64,000 bases of DNA from Pristiophorus japonicus (GCF_044704955.1 NC_091999.1:57102001-57166000); one strand, 5' to 3'; positions 12,385-25,609 are shown, counted from the first letter of the stretch. Numbers and translations: made by a program. The notes: generated by a model from the letters alone, not told the origin.

Positions 12385-13135
12385 TGTAATTTCCAGTAAA
12401 AGTCTGGAAAATTAGTTTATAAATGATAGAAAATGGCCGTATAGCTTAAAACGCGTTTTAAAGTGACCAAAGGCTGAGAAGCAAAGCATCATGCTAAACT
12501 GAGCCATTATTATGTTATCCATTTTTGTAACTGCTGATAGAACTTAATTTAGAACTAGAAGGATGGAGGCCAAAATTATTAATCAATCAGATAAAGGTAT
12601 GCAGCATGTACCAGTTCTTATCATAATTTTTTAAAGCCAAGCTCTGTAATGCATTCTGTGTGACATGGTCCGTATAACTGTTCTCAGAGAAGTGATTCCT
12701 GCCGCAGAGATGGAGGGGAGATAGAGATAACATTAAAGGTCAAAGGCAGTAGACAATATGATCTATTGTAAGGGTGAAACAGCAGCAGATTTTCATAGCA
12801 TTTGAATGGGACAAAAATGGTATAAATTAACAGCTATTCTACTCAGAATGCAGTGCGAATCAAGAGAACAGGAGATAAGGAGACGGCACCACAGTCATCT
12901 CGAGAGGTCACTATCGAGAAGTAGGCTGTGACTATAATTTGTTAAGTATTACTTTTTGTAACAGAACATAATTAACTTTATAAAGCTCTGTTTTTTTATC
13001 CATTATACCTGTAGTAAAAGCATTTGTTATGATTTGAACAAAGTCTCCCAGTTTGAATTAAAGATAAACCCTGAGAATAGTTGAATTGCTATAGTTAGCA
13101 AGCGGCAAAAAGCTGGTCAGTATTTAAAAACTACA
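12385..13135 (+). mobile_element. Putative 5' LTR of an ERV-like element
   Basis: Begins TGTAATTT and ends AAACTACA (imperfect inverted termini). TATAAA near 12820, ATTAAA near 13057, and a PBS follows 2 nt after the end. Confidence 0.65.
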
Positions 13136-13137
13136 TC

Positions 13138-13155
13138 TGGCAACCACGAAGGGAC
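13138..13155 (+). promoter_or_regulatory. Primer-binding site, tRNA-Arg(TCG)-type
   Basis: TGGCAACCACGAAGGGAC, complementary to the 3' end (…GTCCCTTCGTGGTYG-CCA) of vertebrate tRNA-Arg(TCG). Confidence 0.8.
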
Positions 13156-13329
13156 AAAACAAAGAGATATTTAAAACAAAATACAATATATTCTTTTCCA
13201 ATTTCATTGGGGACTCTTGTAATTTTTTCTCTCCATTTAAAATCAGGTTGTTGTGTATAAACAGCAGACGCAAGGCAGATAGTTTGATCACCGATCAAAC
13301 CTTATGGTGGGTTAATTTACATCAACCGA

Positions 13330-13990
13330 TAATGACTATTATTTTCGATAAGGAAGCTTAATTAAAATAATTAATTTTAAATTGCCAGAGGAGTGTCTTT
13401 GGGAAGTGCATCAGAAAAAGTTAGAAAAAAGATGTGACGATACGCAAGTGCAGACACTGTTGGTAGATTGCCTAGGGGAAAACCCGAATGTGTCGCTTAA
13501 GGATACGGTCACTTTTACTGATGAACAGATTAAAGCTAAGAAAAAGAAGCTTGGTAAGGCGCTGAGTCTAGTTACCTATGCACCTTCATACTTCGCAGAA
13601 CATGAATCAAAGGTCAAGAAAGAATTAGAGGATAAAATATCGGATTGGAAAAACAAAATTCGGCTAAGAATGAAGATTTGCAAAAAATAGATTCAGACAG
13701 TAAACAGAAAACTGAGATTTTGCAGAGTCAATTTGCATTAGCTACTGAGTAATGCAACAGCTGAGTATCAATGCAATTCACGTAGGCACTGCAATGGAAA
13801 AATTAGGAAATCTTCAGATTTAAAACGAAGATCTAAGCAGAGTGGATAACCGTCTCACCAAACAATTAGAGGACTCATAGAGAGCACTGAGGGAGGCTTT
13901 GCATCGACCCCTGTAAAGGATAAATTATAAAGTTGCACATAGGGGCTCAGAATTATGATGAAGGTAGTGAATTGCTTATGTATGTAATAC
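13330..13990 (+). pseudogene. Gag-like N-terminal coiled-coil remnant, truncated by CR1
   Basis: Starts ~180 nt after the PBS. K/E/L heptad-rich translation (ESKVKKELEDKISDWK...; NEDLSRVDNRLTKQLED) with frameshifts and stops. Confidence 0.5.
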
Positions 13991-15230
13991 TTGCTGATGT
14001 AGGTATAACGCAAATGTACAGACCTCCAAACAGTAGTAGTGATGTTGGGGAGGGCATCAAACAGGAATCCCACGCAAGAGATTATATGTGCAAAGTTAAA
14101 GCACATGGGATTGGGGGTACTATGCTGACATGGATTGAGAACTGGTTGTCAGTCAGGAAGCAACGAGTAGGAGTAAATGGGGACTTTTCAGAATGGCATG
14201 CAGTGACTAGTGGGGTACCGCAAGATTCTTTGCTGGGGCCCCAGCTGTTTACATTGTACATTAATGATTTGGATGAGAGGATTAAATGTAGTATCTCCAA
14301 ATTTGCGGATTACACGAAGTTGGGTAGCAGTGTGAGCTGCGAGGAGGATGCTATGAGGCTGCAGAGCGACTTGGATAGCTTGGATGAATGGGCAAATGCA
14401 TGGCAGATGACGTATAATGTGGATAAATGTGAGGTTATCCACATTGGTGGTAAAAACAGAGATACAGACTACAATCTGAATGGAGACAGATTAGGAAAAG
14501 GGGAGGTGCAACGATACCTGGGTATCATGGTACATCAGTCATTGAAGATTGGCATGCAGGTACAGCAGGCAGTTAAGAAAGCAAAGGGCATGTTGTCCTT
14601 CATAGCGAGGGGATTTCAGTACAGGGGCAGGGAGGTGTTGATACAGTTGTACAGGGTCTTGGTGAGGCCACACCACGAGTATTGTGTACAGTTTTGTTCT
14701 ACTAACCTGAGGAAGGACATTCTTGCTATTGAGGGAGTGCAGCGAAGGTTCACCAGATTAATTCCCGGGATGGCGGGACTGACCTATCAAGAAAAACTGG
14801 GTCAACTGGGCTTGTATTCACTGGAGTTCAGAAGAATGAGAGGGGACCTCATAGAAACGTTTGAAATTCTGACGGAGTTAGACAGGTTAGATGCAGGAAG
14901 AATGCTCCCAATGTTGGGAAAGTCCAGAACCAGGTGACACAGTCTCAGGATAAGGGGCAAGCCATTTAGTACCGAGATGAGGAGGAACTTCTTCACCCAG
15001 AGAGTGGTGAACCTGTGGAATTATCTACCACAGAAAGTATTTGAGGCCAATTCACTAAATATATTCAAAAAGGAGTTAGATGAAGTCCTTGCTACTAGGT
15101 GGATCAAGGGGTATGGCGAGAAAGCAGGAATGGGGTACTGAAGTTGCATGTTCAGTCATGAACTCATTGAATGGCGGTGCAGGCTGGAAGGGCCGAATGG
15201 CCTACTCCTGCACCTATTTTCTATGTCTAT
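13990..15230 (+). mobile_element. CR1 LINE with internal deletion (EN fragment fused to RT C-terminal half)
   Basis: YRPPNSSSDVGEGIKQE joined directly to KVKAHGIGG...SGVPQDSLLGPQLF...KFADYTK...RRFTRLIPG; 3' tail ttctatgtctatgt at ~15220. Confidence 0.9.
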
Positions 15231-15754
15231 GTCCCGTCAGAGATTGGATTCTGTCTCTGTATTAATCTGTGCTTGAACTCCACCCCCACAGACACACACA
15301 GACACATAGGTTTTCAGGGAGCATTTTCGAACATTTTTCCTAATATTGACACGGGCACAACTCTCCTATTCTTTTTCGAGTAAGGCTCTGGGACCTTTCA
15401 CATCCACCCGAGGATGGAGATGAAGCTTCAATTTAACATTTCATCCGAAAGTCAACTGCTTCAACAATCCAAAATTCCCCAGGTACTGCATTTGAGTGTC
15501 AGCCAAGATGACGTTACCAAGTCTCAGAGTGCGACTTAAACACACAACCTCCTGATTCAGTCGAGAATGGAGCCACTGAAAGAAAGCCGATACCAAAGAT
15601 CACAACCGTATTATTTTCCCCAAGCTTTTTAAAATTTCCAGGACGCACCAAATTCATGGTGATGATTTCCATAGACAACTGCACATACACAGAGACATAC
15701 ATACAGGTAGACATACACAGACACACACACAATAACCAAAAATATACACGCATC

Positions 15755-16290
15755 AACATAGAAACAAAAAGAATATTTGCAGGAGTAGGCCATTCGGTGC
15801 TTCGAGCCTGCAGCATCATTCAATAAGATCATGGCTGAACATTCAACCTCAGTACCCCTTTCCTGCTTTCTCTCCATACCCCTTGATCCCTTTAGCCGTA
15901 AGGGCCATATCTAACTCCCTTTTGAATATAACTAACGAACTGGCCTCAAGAACTTTCTGTGGTAGAGAATGCCACAGGTTAACCTCTCTCTGAGTGAAGA
16001 AGTTTCTCCTCATCTCGGTCCTAAATGCCTTACAACTTATTCTTAGACTGTGACCCATGGTTCTCGAACTCACCAGCAATGGGAACATTCTACCCGCCTC
16101 TAACCTGTCCAATCTCTTCAGAATTTTATATATTTCTATGGGAGCGCCTCTCATTCTTCTAAACTCCAGTGGATACCAGCTAAGTTGATCCAGTCTCTCC
16201 TCATATCTCAGTCCTGCCATCCCGGGAATCAAGCTGGTGAACCTTCACTGTACTCCCTCAATAGCAAGGACGTCCTTCCTCAGATTAGGG
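15755..16290 (-). mobile_element. CR1 3' fragment
   Basis: ORF 15849-16232 IPGMAGLRYEERL...RRMRG...FFTQREVNLW; tail catagaaaca. Confidence 0.88.
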
Positions 16291-16886
16291 GAAGTCGACA
16301 GGCACATTGAGAGACAGAGACAAACCGACAAACAGGGAGAGACAGAGAGCGAGATAGAGACAACGAGAGACATAAAGTGTGAGACTGAGAGGGGGGTTCA
16401 GACTGAATGAGACATACACAGAGATGTGTTTGCGTGCTCCAGAAAGAGAGGGAGGCAAATGGTGATGGAATGACAGAGAAAAACACAGGGACAAAGATAG
16501 AGACAAAGACGGAGACAGATAGAGAGAAAGACAGATAGAGAGAGAGGCATAGAGACAAAAACAGAAAATGATGAAAATACTCATCAGGTTGGAGACAGGG
16601 AATAACAGCGACATGGACAGGCAGATCATGGCAAAGAGAGAGCCAGTCAGACAGAGAGACTGAGAGAATCCCATTGGAACAGAACTGGACAGAGTGAGAA
16701 AGAGACAGAGACAAACAGAGTGAGTCAGAGACTCAAACACACAAACAGTTCTCTGAAGAGAGAAAGAGGCAGAGACTGAGCGACGCAGATACATTTCACA
16801 ATCGGCTCAGAGTGTCATAGAAAAATGCTGATTCAACAGGTGAAAATCGGGTACCACTGAACAGGATGGGAGGAAATCTGTGTTAA

Positions 16887-16969
16887 ATTAAGGAGTTGAG
16901 TTCGAACCCACGCGGGTTTAAATCAATTACATTTTAAATCCAATGCCTTAACCACTCGGCAATCCTGGT
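16887..16969 (-). pseudogene. tRNA-Leu(TAA) pseudogene, copy 1
   Basis: Reverse complement ACCAGGATTGCCGAGTGGTTAAGGCATTGGATTTAAAATG...CGCGTGGGTTCGAAC; 83 nt with stem mismatches. Confidence 0.82.
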
Positions 16970-17059
16970 CCTGTCAGCATTCGGATTCTGTCTCTGTGAG
17001 AATCTGGGGTGGAACCCCACCCTCACGGACACAAAGGGTTTCAGTGCGCATTTACGAAC

Positions 17060-17320
17060 ATTTTTAGTAATAGTGACACGGGGGCAGCTCTCCTATTCTT
17101 TTACGAGTAATGCTCTGGGAACGTTCACATCCACCCGAGGTTGCAGACGGAGCTTCAATTTAACATTTCATCCGAAAGTCAACAGCTTCGAGAATGCAAA
17201 ATTCCCCAAGTACTGCAATTGAAAATCAGCAAAGATTATATGCTCAAGTCTCAGGAGTGCGACTTGAACACACAAACTCCAGATGCAGTCGAGAATGCTG
17301 CCACTGAACCAAAGCCGATA
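17060..17320 (-). mobile_element. tRNA-headed DeuSINE-like SINE in the array unit (also ~15330-15590, 19485-19750, 24890-25130)
   Basis: Reverse strand gives a tRNA-like head (GGTTCAGTGGCAGCA...GTTCAAGTCGCACTCC) followed by a Deu-like core (…TTTCGGATGAAATGTTAAATTGAAGCTCCGTCTGC…GGATGTGAACGTTCCC). Confidence 0.65.
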
Positions 17321-17724
17321 CCAAAGTTCACAACCCTATTATTTTCCGCAAGTTTTTTAAAAATGTTCAAGCACATACCAAATTCATGGTGATGATTTCC
17401 ACAGACAGTTGCACATACGCAGAGACATACATACAGATAGACAGACAGAGAGAGACACACACACACAACCAAAAATATACACGCACCAACGGACATGCAC
17501 AGAGAGCCTTCGACATTTCGAGGGAAAGACAGGCTGAAGCAATGTCGCAAATTTGGCTGACTTTTGCGTTTTTCTATCCGTATGTATCGTGAATATTGCA
17601 GATTAATAACAATGAGTAAAAATGTGTCAGTGTTGAAAGGTGTGGCACATTATTCCATCTATCACAGGATCAGTTTTGCAAAGACCTGGTTAAATTGTGA
17701 AATGTAATGAAAAATGCTTAGAAC

Positions 17725-17807
17725 CATAGTCGGCAAGGTTCGATCTTTCGTGATGAAAACCCAATGGATTATCTCGTCTATTGCCTTAAAATCTCGGCCA
17801 CGGCTAC
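17725..17807 (-). pseudogene. tRNA-Ser pseudogene, copy 1
   Basis: Reverse complement GTAGCCGTGGCCGAG...CCATTGGG...CCTTGCCGACTATG aligns with the vertebrate tRNA-Ser (GTAGTCGTGG...) body; heavily mutated. Confidence 0.75.
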
Positions 17808-18012
17808 TGGCTAACTGGCTTGTTAAATGTTACTCAGATAAAACTCTGTGCAACTGATGGCCACAGAATCCTGAAACAGTCTCCGTTTGTGAAAGATCTG
17901 GAAGAGACAATCCCCTCTTGCTGTATTTTTCGTGTTCGAAATTGCTCTTCAACTTTTTAACATTAATCTATACCAGGAAACAGAAGTAAGATTCAACATT
18001 TTGAAAAAGTTT

Positions 18013-18085
18013 CATCCTATCGGGGCATTGAACCCCACATCTCACGCTTGACAAGCAGGGATACTGACCACGAAATTAACAAATA
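18013..18085 (-). pseudogene. tRNA-Asp(GTC) pseudogene, copy 1
   Basis: Reverse strand GTGGTCAGTATCCCTGCTTGTCA...GGGGTTCAATGCCCCGA; degenerate. Confidence 0.7.
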
Positions 18086-19309
18086 TGAATTCTATCAGAG
18101 CAGGAATCGAGCTGTGAACAGAAATGGACACCATGAGAAGTCGACAGGCACATTGAAGGACAGAGACAAACCGACAAACAAGGAGAGACAGGCAACGAGA
18201 TAGAGACAACAAGAGACGGAAAGTGTGAGACTGAGAATGAGAGGCAGACAGCTTGAGAAAAAGACTCAAACGCAGACATATACAGAGATGTGTGTGTGTG
18301 TGTGTGTGATCCATAAAGAGAGAGAGGGAAAGATTGAGAGAAAGACAGTGATAAAGACAGTAACAAGGAGAGAGACAGATAGAGAGAGAGCGGCAGGTAG
18401 AGAGATAGAGAGACAAAGATATAAACAGAAAATTATGGAAATACTCAGCAGGTTAGAGACAGGAACTACCAGCGACAGGCAAAGAGAGACAGACAGGCAG
18501 AGACATAGACAGACAGAGATGATGGGAAAGAGTGAGTCAGTCAGACAGAGAGACTAAGAGAATCCCATTGGAACAGAACTGGACACCGTGAGAAAGAAAC
18601 AGACACATTGAGAAACAGAGACAAACATGGAAACAGGGAGTGACAGACAGCGAGATAGAGACAAAGAGAGACAGAAAGTTTGAGACTGAGAGGGAGGGTC
18701 AGACTGAATGAGACAAAGACTCAAATACATACATACACAGAAATGTGTTTGCGTGCTACATAAAGAGAGGGAGGGAAATAGTGATGGAATGACAAGAAAA
18801 AGCCAGGGACAAAGAGAGAGAAAAAGAGGGAGACAAACAGAGAGAAAGACAGATAGAGAGAGAAACAAGTAGACAAAAACAGAAAATTATGGAAATACTC
18901 ATCAGGTTAGAGACAAGGACGAACAGAGACAGGCAAAGACATGGGCAGACAGAGATGATGGGAAAGAGAGAGACAGTCAGACAGAGAGTCTGAGAGAATC
19001 CCTTTCGAACAGAACTGGACACCGTGAGAAGAATACAGATTGAGAGACAGAGACAAACAGAAAAATAGGGATAGACAGAGTGAATCAGAGAGAGGCGGAC
19101 TGAGAGAGACAAAGACTCAAACACAGAAATACATACACATCTCTCTAAAGAGAGAGAGAGAGGCATAGACAGATACAAATACAGCGAAACAGATACATTT
19201 CACAATTCATTTCAATATCTGCTCAGAGTTTCACAGAGTTACAGAAAAATGCAACTGCAACACATGAAAATCGGGTGTCACTGAGCAGGATGGGAAAAAT
19301 CTCTGTTTT

Positions 19310-19391
19310 AGTAAGGAATGGTATACGAACCCACGCGGGAAAAAGCCACGGAATTTTAAGGCCAACGCTTTAACCACTCGGCCATCCGGGT
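19310..19391 (-). pseudogene. tRNA-Leu(TAA) pseudogene, copy 2
   Basis: Reverse complement ACCCGGATGGCCGAGTGGTTAAAGCGTTGGCCTTAAAA...CGCGTGGGTTCGTA. Confidence 0.8.
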
Positions 19392-20155
19392 CCTGTCATC
19401 AGTTCGACTCTGTCTCTCCGAGAATCTGGGCTTCAACTCCACCCCCATAGACAAACACACACACGTGGGTTTCAGGGAGCATTTCCGAACATTTTTAGTA
19501 ATAATGACAAGGTGGCAACTCTCCTTTTCTTTTTCGTGTAATGCTCTGGGAACTTTTCCATCAAGCCGAGGGTGCAGACGGAGCTTCAATTTAACATTTC
19601 ATCCGAAAGTCAACAGCTTCAAAATGCAAAATTCCCCAAGTGCTGCAGTTGGGTGTTAGCCAAAATGTATATGCTCCAGTCTCAGGAATGCGACTTGAAC
19701 ACACAAACTCCTGATTCAGTCGAGAATGCTGCCACTGAACCAAAGCCGATACCAAAGTTCACAATCGTATTATTTTTCCCTAAGTCTTTTTAATAAGTTC
19801 CAGGACATACCAAATTCATGGTGATGATTTCCACAGACAGTTGCACATACACAGAGACATATATAGAGATAGACAGACACAGAGACACAGACAAACACAT
19901 AACCAAAAATATATACGCACCAACGGACATGCACCGATGCCTCAGACATATAGAGGGAGAAGCAGGCTGTATCACTGTCGCTACTTTGGCTGATTTTTGC
20001 GTTTTTCTATCCTTATGTATCGTCAATATTGCAGATTAATAGAAATGAAAAATAAATGTCAGTCTTTACAGCTGTGGGATATTATTCCACCTATTTCGGT
20101 ATGTGTTTTGCAAGACCTGGTTAAATTGTGAAATGGAATGAAAAATGCCAAGAAT

Positions 20156-20238
20156 TGCAATCAGTAGGTTTCGAACCTGTGCGGGGAAACCCCAATAGAT
20201 TATCGAGCTCATCACCTTAACCAGTCGGCTACGACTGC
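20156..20238 (-). pseudogene. tRNA-Ser(CGA-like) pseudogene, copy 2
   Basis: Reverse complement ...TGGTTAAGGTGATGAGCTCGATAATCTATTGGGGTTTCCCCGCACAGGTTCGAAACC. Confidence 0.8.
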
Positions 20239-20455
20239 TGGTTTGCTGTATTTTAAATTTTACTCAGATAAAACTCAGTCATCTATTTCTGTGCAGCAGC
20301 CGGCCACAGAATCCTGAATAAGTTTCCGTTTGCTAAAAAATCTGGAAGGCAATCTCCTTTTTCAGTATTTTTACTCTTCTATATTGCTCTCGAACTTTTT
20401 AACATGAATCTATACCAAGAAACAAAAGTAAAATTCTACATTTTGAAAAAGCCTT

Positions 20456-20527
20456 CTCCCCATCGGGAAATTCAACTCTGGTCTCCCGCGTGTCAGGCGG
20501 TGATATTCACCATTGTACTAAAGAGGT
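20456..20527 (-). pseudogene. tRNA-Asp pseudogene, copy 2 (anticodon mutated GTC>GAC)
   Basis: 72 nt; reverse strand ...GGTGAATATCACCGCCTGACACGCGGGAGACCAGAGTTGAATTTCCCGATGGGGAG; B box damaged. Confidence 0.8.
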
Positions 20528-21215
20528 ACTGACAGGTGCAGCTTTTTAGACAGCAGGAATCGAGCTGTGAAAAGAACTGGGCACCATGAAAAAGAGACAG
20601 ACACAATGAGAGACAGACAAACAGAGGAACTGACGGGTATGTGCTCTCTCAGAGCAGGAATCGAGCTGTGAACAGAACTGGACACCATGAGAAGTCGACA
20701 GAAACACTGAGAGACAGAGACAAACAGAGAAACAGGGAGAGACAGACAGCGAGATAGAGACAAAGAGACAGATAAAGTGTGAGACTGAGAGGGAGAGACA
20801 GACACAGTGAGAAAATAACTCAAGCACACACATACACAGAGATATGTGCATGCTCTATAAAGAGAGAGAGGGAAAGAGTGATAGCAATACAGAGATGAAG
20901 ACAGGGACAGAGAGAGACACAGAGATAGCCAGATAGAGAGAGAGACAGATAGAAAGAGAGATAGAGATAAAAAGAGAAAATTATGGAAATACTCAGCAGG
21001 TTAGAGACAGGTACGAACAGAGACAGGAAAAGAAAGGCAGACAGGCACAGACATAGACAAATAGAAAGAGACGATGGGAAAGAGAGAGACAGTCAGACAG
21101 AGAGGGATGATGGGAAAGAGAGAGCCAAATAGACAAAGAGACTGAGAGAATCCCATTGGACCAGAACTTTGACACCGAAAGAAAGAAAAAGAATGAGAGA
21201 CAGAGACAAACAGAG

Positions 21216-24200
21216 AAACATAGAAAATAGGTGCAGGTGTAGGCCATTCGGGCTTTCGAGTCTGCACCACCATTCAATAAGATCATGGCTGATCATTCAC
21301 CTCAGTAACACTTTCCTGCTTTCTCTCCATACCTCTTGATGCTTTTGGCCATATCGGCAATATCTAACTCCCTCTTCAACATATCCAATGAACTGGCATC
21401 AACAACTCTCTGCGGTAGGTAATTCTAGAGGTTAACAACTCTCTGGGTGAAGAAGTTTCTCCTCATCTCGGTCCTAAATGACCTGCCCCTTATCATTAGA
21501 CTGTGTCCCCTAATTCTGGACTTCCCCAACATCGGGAATTTTCTTGCTGCATCTAACCTGTTAAGTCCCGTCAGAATTGTTCATGATTCTATGAGATCCC
21601 CTCTCATGCTTCTAAACTCCAGTGACTACAAGCCACTGTAGATCCAGTCTCTCCTCATATGTCAGTCCTGTCATCCCGGGAATCAGTCTGGTGAACCTTC
21701 GCTGCACTCCCTCAATAGCATGAAAGTCCTTCCTCAGATTACGAGACCAAAACTGAACACAATATTCCAGGTGAGGTCTCACAAAGGCCCTGTACAACTG
21801 CAGTATGGCCTCCCTGCTCCGATACTCAAATCCCCTAGCTATGAAGGTCAACATTCCTTTTGCCTTCTTCACTGCCTGCTGTAACTGCATGTCAGCTTTC
21901 AATGACTGATGTACCATGACGCCCAGGTCTCGTTGCACCTCCCCTTTTCCTAATCTGTTGCCATACAGACAATATTCTGCCTTCGTGTTTTTGCCACTAA
22001 AGTGGATAACCTCACATTTATCCACATTATTCTGCATCTTCCATGCATTTGCCAACTCACCTAACCGGTCCAAGTCAGTCTGCAGCCTCTTAGCGTCCTC
22101 CTCACAGCTCACATCGCCACCCTGTTGGCATCATCTGCAAACTTGAAGATATTACACTCAATTCCTTCATCTAAATCATTAATGTATATTGTAAATTGCT
22201 GGGATACCAGCACTGAGCCCTGTGGCACCCCACTAGTCACTGCCTGCTTTTCTGAAAAGGACCCGTTTATTCCGACTCTCTGCTTCCTGTCTGCCAACCA
22301 GTTCTCTATCCACGTCAGTACATTATACCCAATACCATGTGCTTTAACTTTGCACACCAATACGTCTGTGCGACCTTGTTGAAAGCCTTTTGAAAGTCCA
22401 AATACACCACATCCACTGGTTCCCCTTGTACACTATACTAGCTACATCCTCAAATAATTTCAGAAGATTTGTCGAGCTTGATTTTCCTTTCATAAATTCA
22501 TGCAGCTTTGACCAATCCTGTCACTGCTTTCCAAATGCGCTGCAAATTCATCTTTAATAATTGATTCCTACATTTTCCCCACTACTGATGTCAGGCTAAC
22601 CGGTCTATAATTATCCGTTTTCAATCTCCCTCCTTTTTCAAAAATGTGGTTTTACATTATTTACCCTTCAGTTCATACGAACTGATCTAGAGTCGATAGA
22701 CTGTTCGAAAATGATCACCAATGCATCCGCTATTTCTAGGGCCACTTCCTTAAGTACTTTCCAATGCAGACTATCAGGCCCCGGGGATTAATCGGCCTTC
22801 AATCCCATCAATTTCCCGAACACAATTACCTGACTAATAAGGATTTCCTTCAGTTCCTCCTTCTCGCTAGATCCTCGGTGCCCTAGTATTTCTGGAAGGT
22901 TATGCGTTCCTTCCTTCGTGAAGACACAACCAAAGTTATTGTTCAACTGCTCTACAATTTCCTTCTTCCCCATTATAAATTCACCTGAATCTGATTGCAA
23001 GGGACCTACGTTTGTCTTCTCTAATCTTTTTGTCTTCACATATCTATAGAACTTTATTAGGTCCCCAGCAAGCTTCCTCTCATAATCTATTTCCCCCCTG
23101 CTAATTAAACCCTTTGTCCTCCTCAGCTGAATTGTAAATTTCTTCCTGTCCTCAGGTTGCGGCTTTTTCTGGACAATTTATATGCCTCTTCCCTGGATTT
23201 AACACTATCCTTAATTTCCTTTGTTAGCCACGGTTGAGCCACATTCACCGTTTTATTTTTACTCCAGACAGGGAAATATAATTGTTGAAGTTCATCCATG
23301 TGATCTTTAAATGTTTGCCATTGCCAATCCAAATTCAAACCCTTTAAATATCATTCACCAGTCTATTCTAGCAAATTCACGTCACATACCATCGAAGTTA
23401 CCTTTCCTTAAGTTCAAGACCCTAGTCTCTGAATTAACTGTGTCACTCGCCACCTTAATAAAGAATTCTACCTTATTATGGTCACTCTTCCCCAAGGGGC
23501 CTCGCACAACAAGATTGCTAATTAGTCCTTTCTCATTACACATCACCCAGTCTAGGATGGCCAGCCCTCTAGATGGTCCCTCGCTATATTGAGTGAGAAA
23601 ACCATCCCTAATACGCTCGAGGAAGTCCTCCTGCACCGTATTGCTAACTTTTTGGTTAGCCCAATTTACATGTAAAGTAAAGTCGCCCTTGATAACTGCT
23701 GTATCTTTATGGCACGCATCCCTAATTTCTTGTTTGATGCTGTCCCCAACCTCACTACTACTCTCTGCGGATCTGTACACAACTCCTCTTGCGTTTTCTT
23801 CCCTTTGGTATTCCGCAGCTCCACCTATTCATATTCCACATCATTCAAGCTAATGTCGTTCCTTACTATTGCCTTAATTTCCTCTTTAACCAGCAACACT
23901 ACCCGATCACCTTTTCATTTCTGTCTATGCTTCCTGAATGTTGAATTCCCAGCCTTGGTCACCCTGGAGCCATGTCTCCGTGATGCCAATTATTTCATAT
24001 TCAGTAATTGCTGCTTGTGCAGTTAATTCGTCCACCTTATTACGAATACTCCTCGCAATGAGGCACAGAGCCTCCAGGCTTGTTATTTTAACACACTTGG
24101 ACCCTTTAGAATTTTGCTGTAAAGTGGCCCTATTTGATATTTGCCGTGGGTTTCTCTGCCCACCAACTTTACTTTTATTCTTTCACTTCTGCGCCCATTC

Positions 24201-24525
24201 TACTTCCCTCTGTCTCCCGTCGCCCTGCCATATTACTGTAAACCCTCCCCAGAAACTCGAGCAAACACTCCCCCTTGAAATTTGGTTCTGGTCCTGCCCA
24301 GGTGCAGACCGTCCGGTTTCGTTCTGGTCCCACCTCCCACAGAACCGGCTCCAAAGTCCCAGGAACTTGAATCCCTCCCATCTGCACCACACATTCATCT
24401 GAGCTCTCCTGTGATTCCTGCTCCGACTAGCAGGTGGCACTGGCAGCAATGCTGAGTTTGTGACCTATGAAGTCCTACTTTTTAATTTAACTCCAAGCTC
24501 CCTGAATTCAGCTTGTTGATCCTCA
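21216..24525 (-). mobile_element. CR1 LINE, near-complete decayed ORF2 (EN+RT), inserted in the tRNA array
   Basis: ARSIRNKVDEL endonuclease start (~24050), ILDWVMCN/SDH motif, SGVPQGSVL, KFADD, RRFTRLIPG, and tail catagaaaatagg at 21219. Confidence 0.92.
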
Positions 24526-24709
24526 GACACAGTGAGTCAGAGACTCAAACACGTAAAGATATATAGAGCGCTCTAAAGACAGAGAGTGAGAGGCACTTCA
24601 CAATTACATTTCTTGGTCAGTTGAGAGTGTGACAGAGTTACAGTTTCAACAGAAGGCATTCGGGTATCACTGAGCAGGATGGGAGAAAATCGGTGTTAAA
24701 TTCAACAGT

Positions 24710-24792
24710 TACTAGAAGTGGGGTTCGAATCTACGTGGGTATAAAACCATTTGATCTTAAATGCAACGACTTATACACTCGGCCATTCTGCA
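24710..24792 (-). pseudogene. tRNA-Leu(TAA) pseudogene, copy 3
   Basis: Reverse complement ...GAATGGCCGAGTG...TTTAAGATC...GATTCGAACCCCACTTCTAGTA. Confidence 0.78.
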
Positions 24793-25527
24793 TTTGTGAA
24801 CCATCACATTCTGTCTCTGTGAGAATCTGGGCTTGAGCTCCACCCTCACAGACACACGCATACACACAGGTTTTCAGTGAGCATTTCAGAATATTCATAT
24901 AAAAGTGACACGGGGACAACTCATTACTCTTTTTCGAATAATGCTGTGGGAACTTTCACATTCACCCGAGAGAGCAGACGGAGCTTCAATTTAACATTCA
25001 TCCAAAAGTCAACAGCTTCAACAATGCAAAATTCCCAAGTACTGCACTTGAGTGTCAACCAAGATTACAAGCTCAAGTCTCAGGAGTGGGACTTGAAGTC
25101 GAAAATGCTGTCGCTGTAGCAAAGCCGATATCAAATGTCACAACCGTATTATTTTCCCCAAATCTTTTTTAAAACTTCCAGGACATACCAAATTCATGGT
25201 GATGATATCCACAGACAGTTGCGCATACACAGTGACATATACACAGATAGACAGACACAGAGACAGAGACGCATACATAACCAAAAATATAGATGCACCA
25301 ATGGGCATACACAGAGTGCCTTAGACATATAGAGGGATAGACAGGCTGAATCACTGTCGCTAATTTAGCTGATATTTGCGTTTTTCTATCCGTATGTATC
25401 GTGAATATTGCAGATTAATCAAAATGAGAAAAAAGTTTCAGTGTGGAAAGGTGTGGGACGTTATTCCACCCAACCGTTTTGCAGGGAACTGGTTAAAGTT
25501 TGAAATGGAATGAAAAATTTTGAGATT

Positions 25528-25609
25528 CGTAGTTGGCAGGATTCGAACCTGCGCTGGTAAACGCCAATGGATATCGAGTCAATCTCCTTAACCACTCGGC
25601 CACGACTAC
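25528..25609 (-). tRNA. tRNA-Ser(CGA), best-preserved copy (probably a pseudogene)
   Basis: GTAGTCGTGGCCGAGTGGTTAAGGAGATTGACTCGATATCCATTGGCGTTTACCAGCGCAGGTTCGAATCCTGCCAACTACG: 82 nt, intact A and B boxes, T-run terminator downstream; mismatches in acceptor, anticodon and variable stems. Confidence 0.8.

Noticed and set aside
13933-14937. 334-aa RT ORF as a domesticated gene
   Set aside because: Internally deleted CR1 with a damaged catalytic motif (FADY); the N-terminus is an accidental fusion with ERV sequence.
20456-20527. Asp-body tRNA with a Val (GAC) anticodon as a mistranslating tRNA
   Set aside because: The B box and stems are damaged, so it is unlikely to be transcribed or folded.
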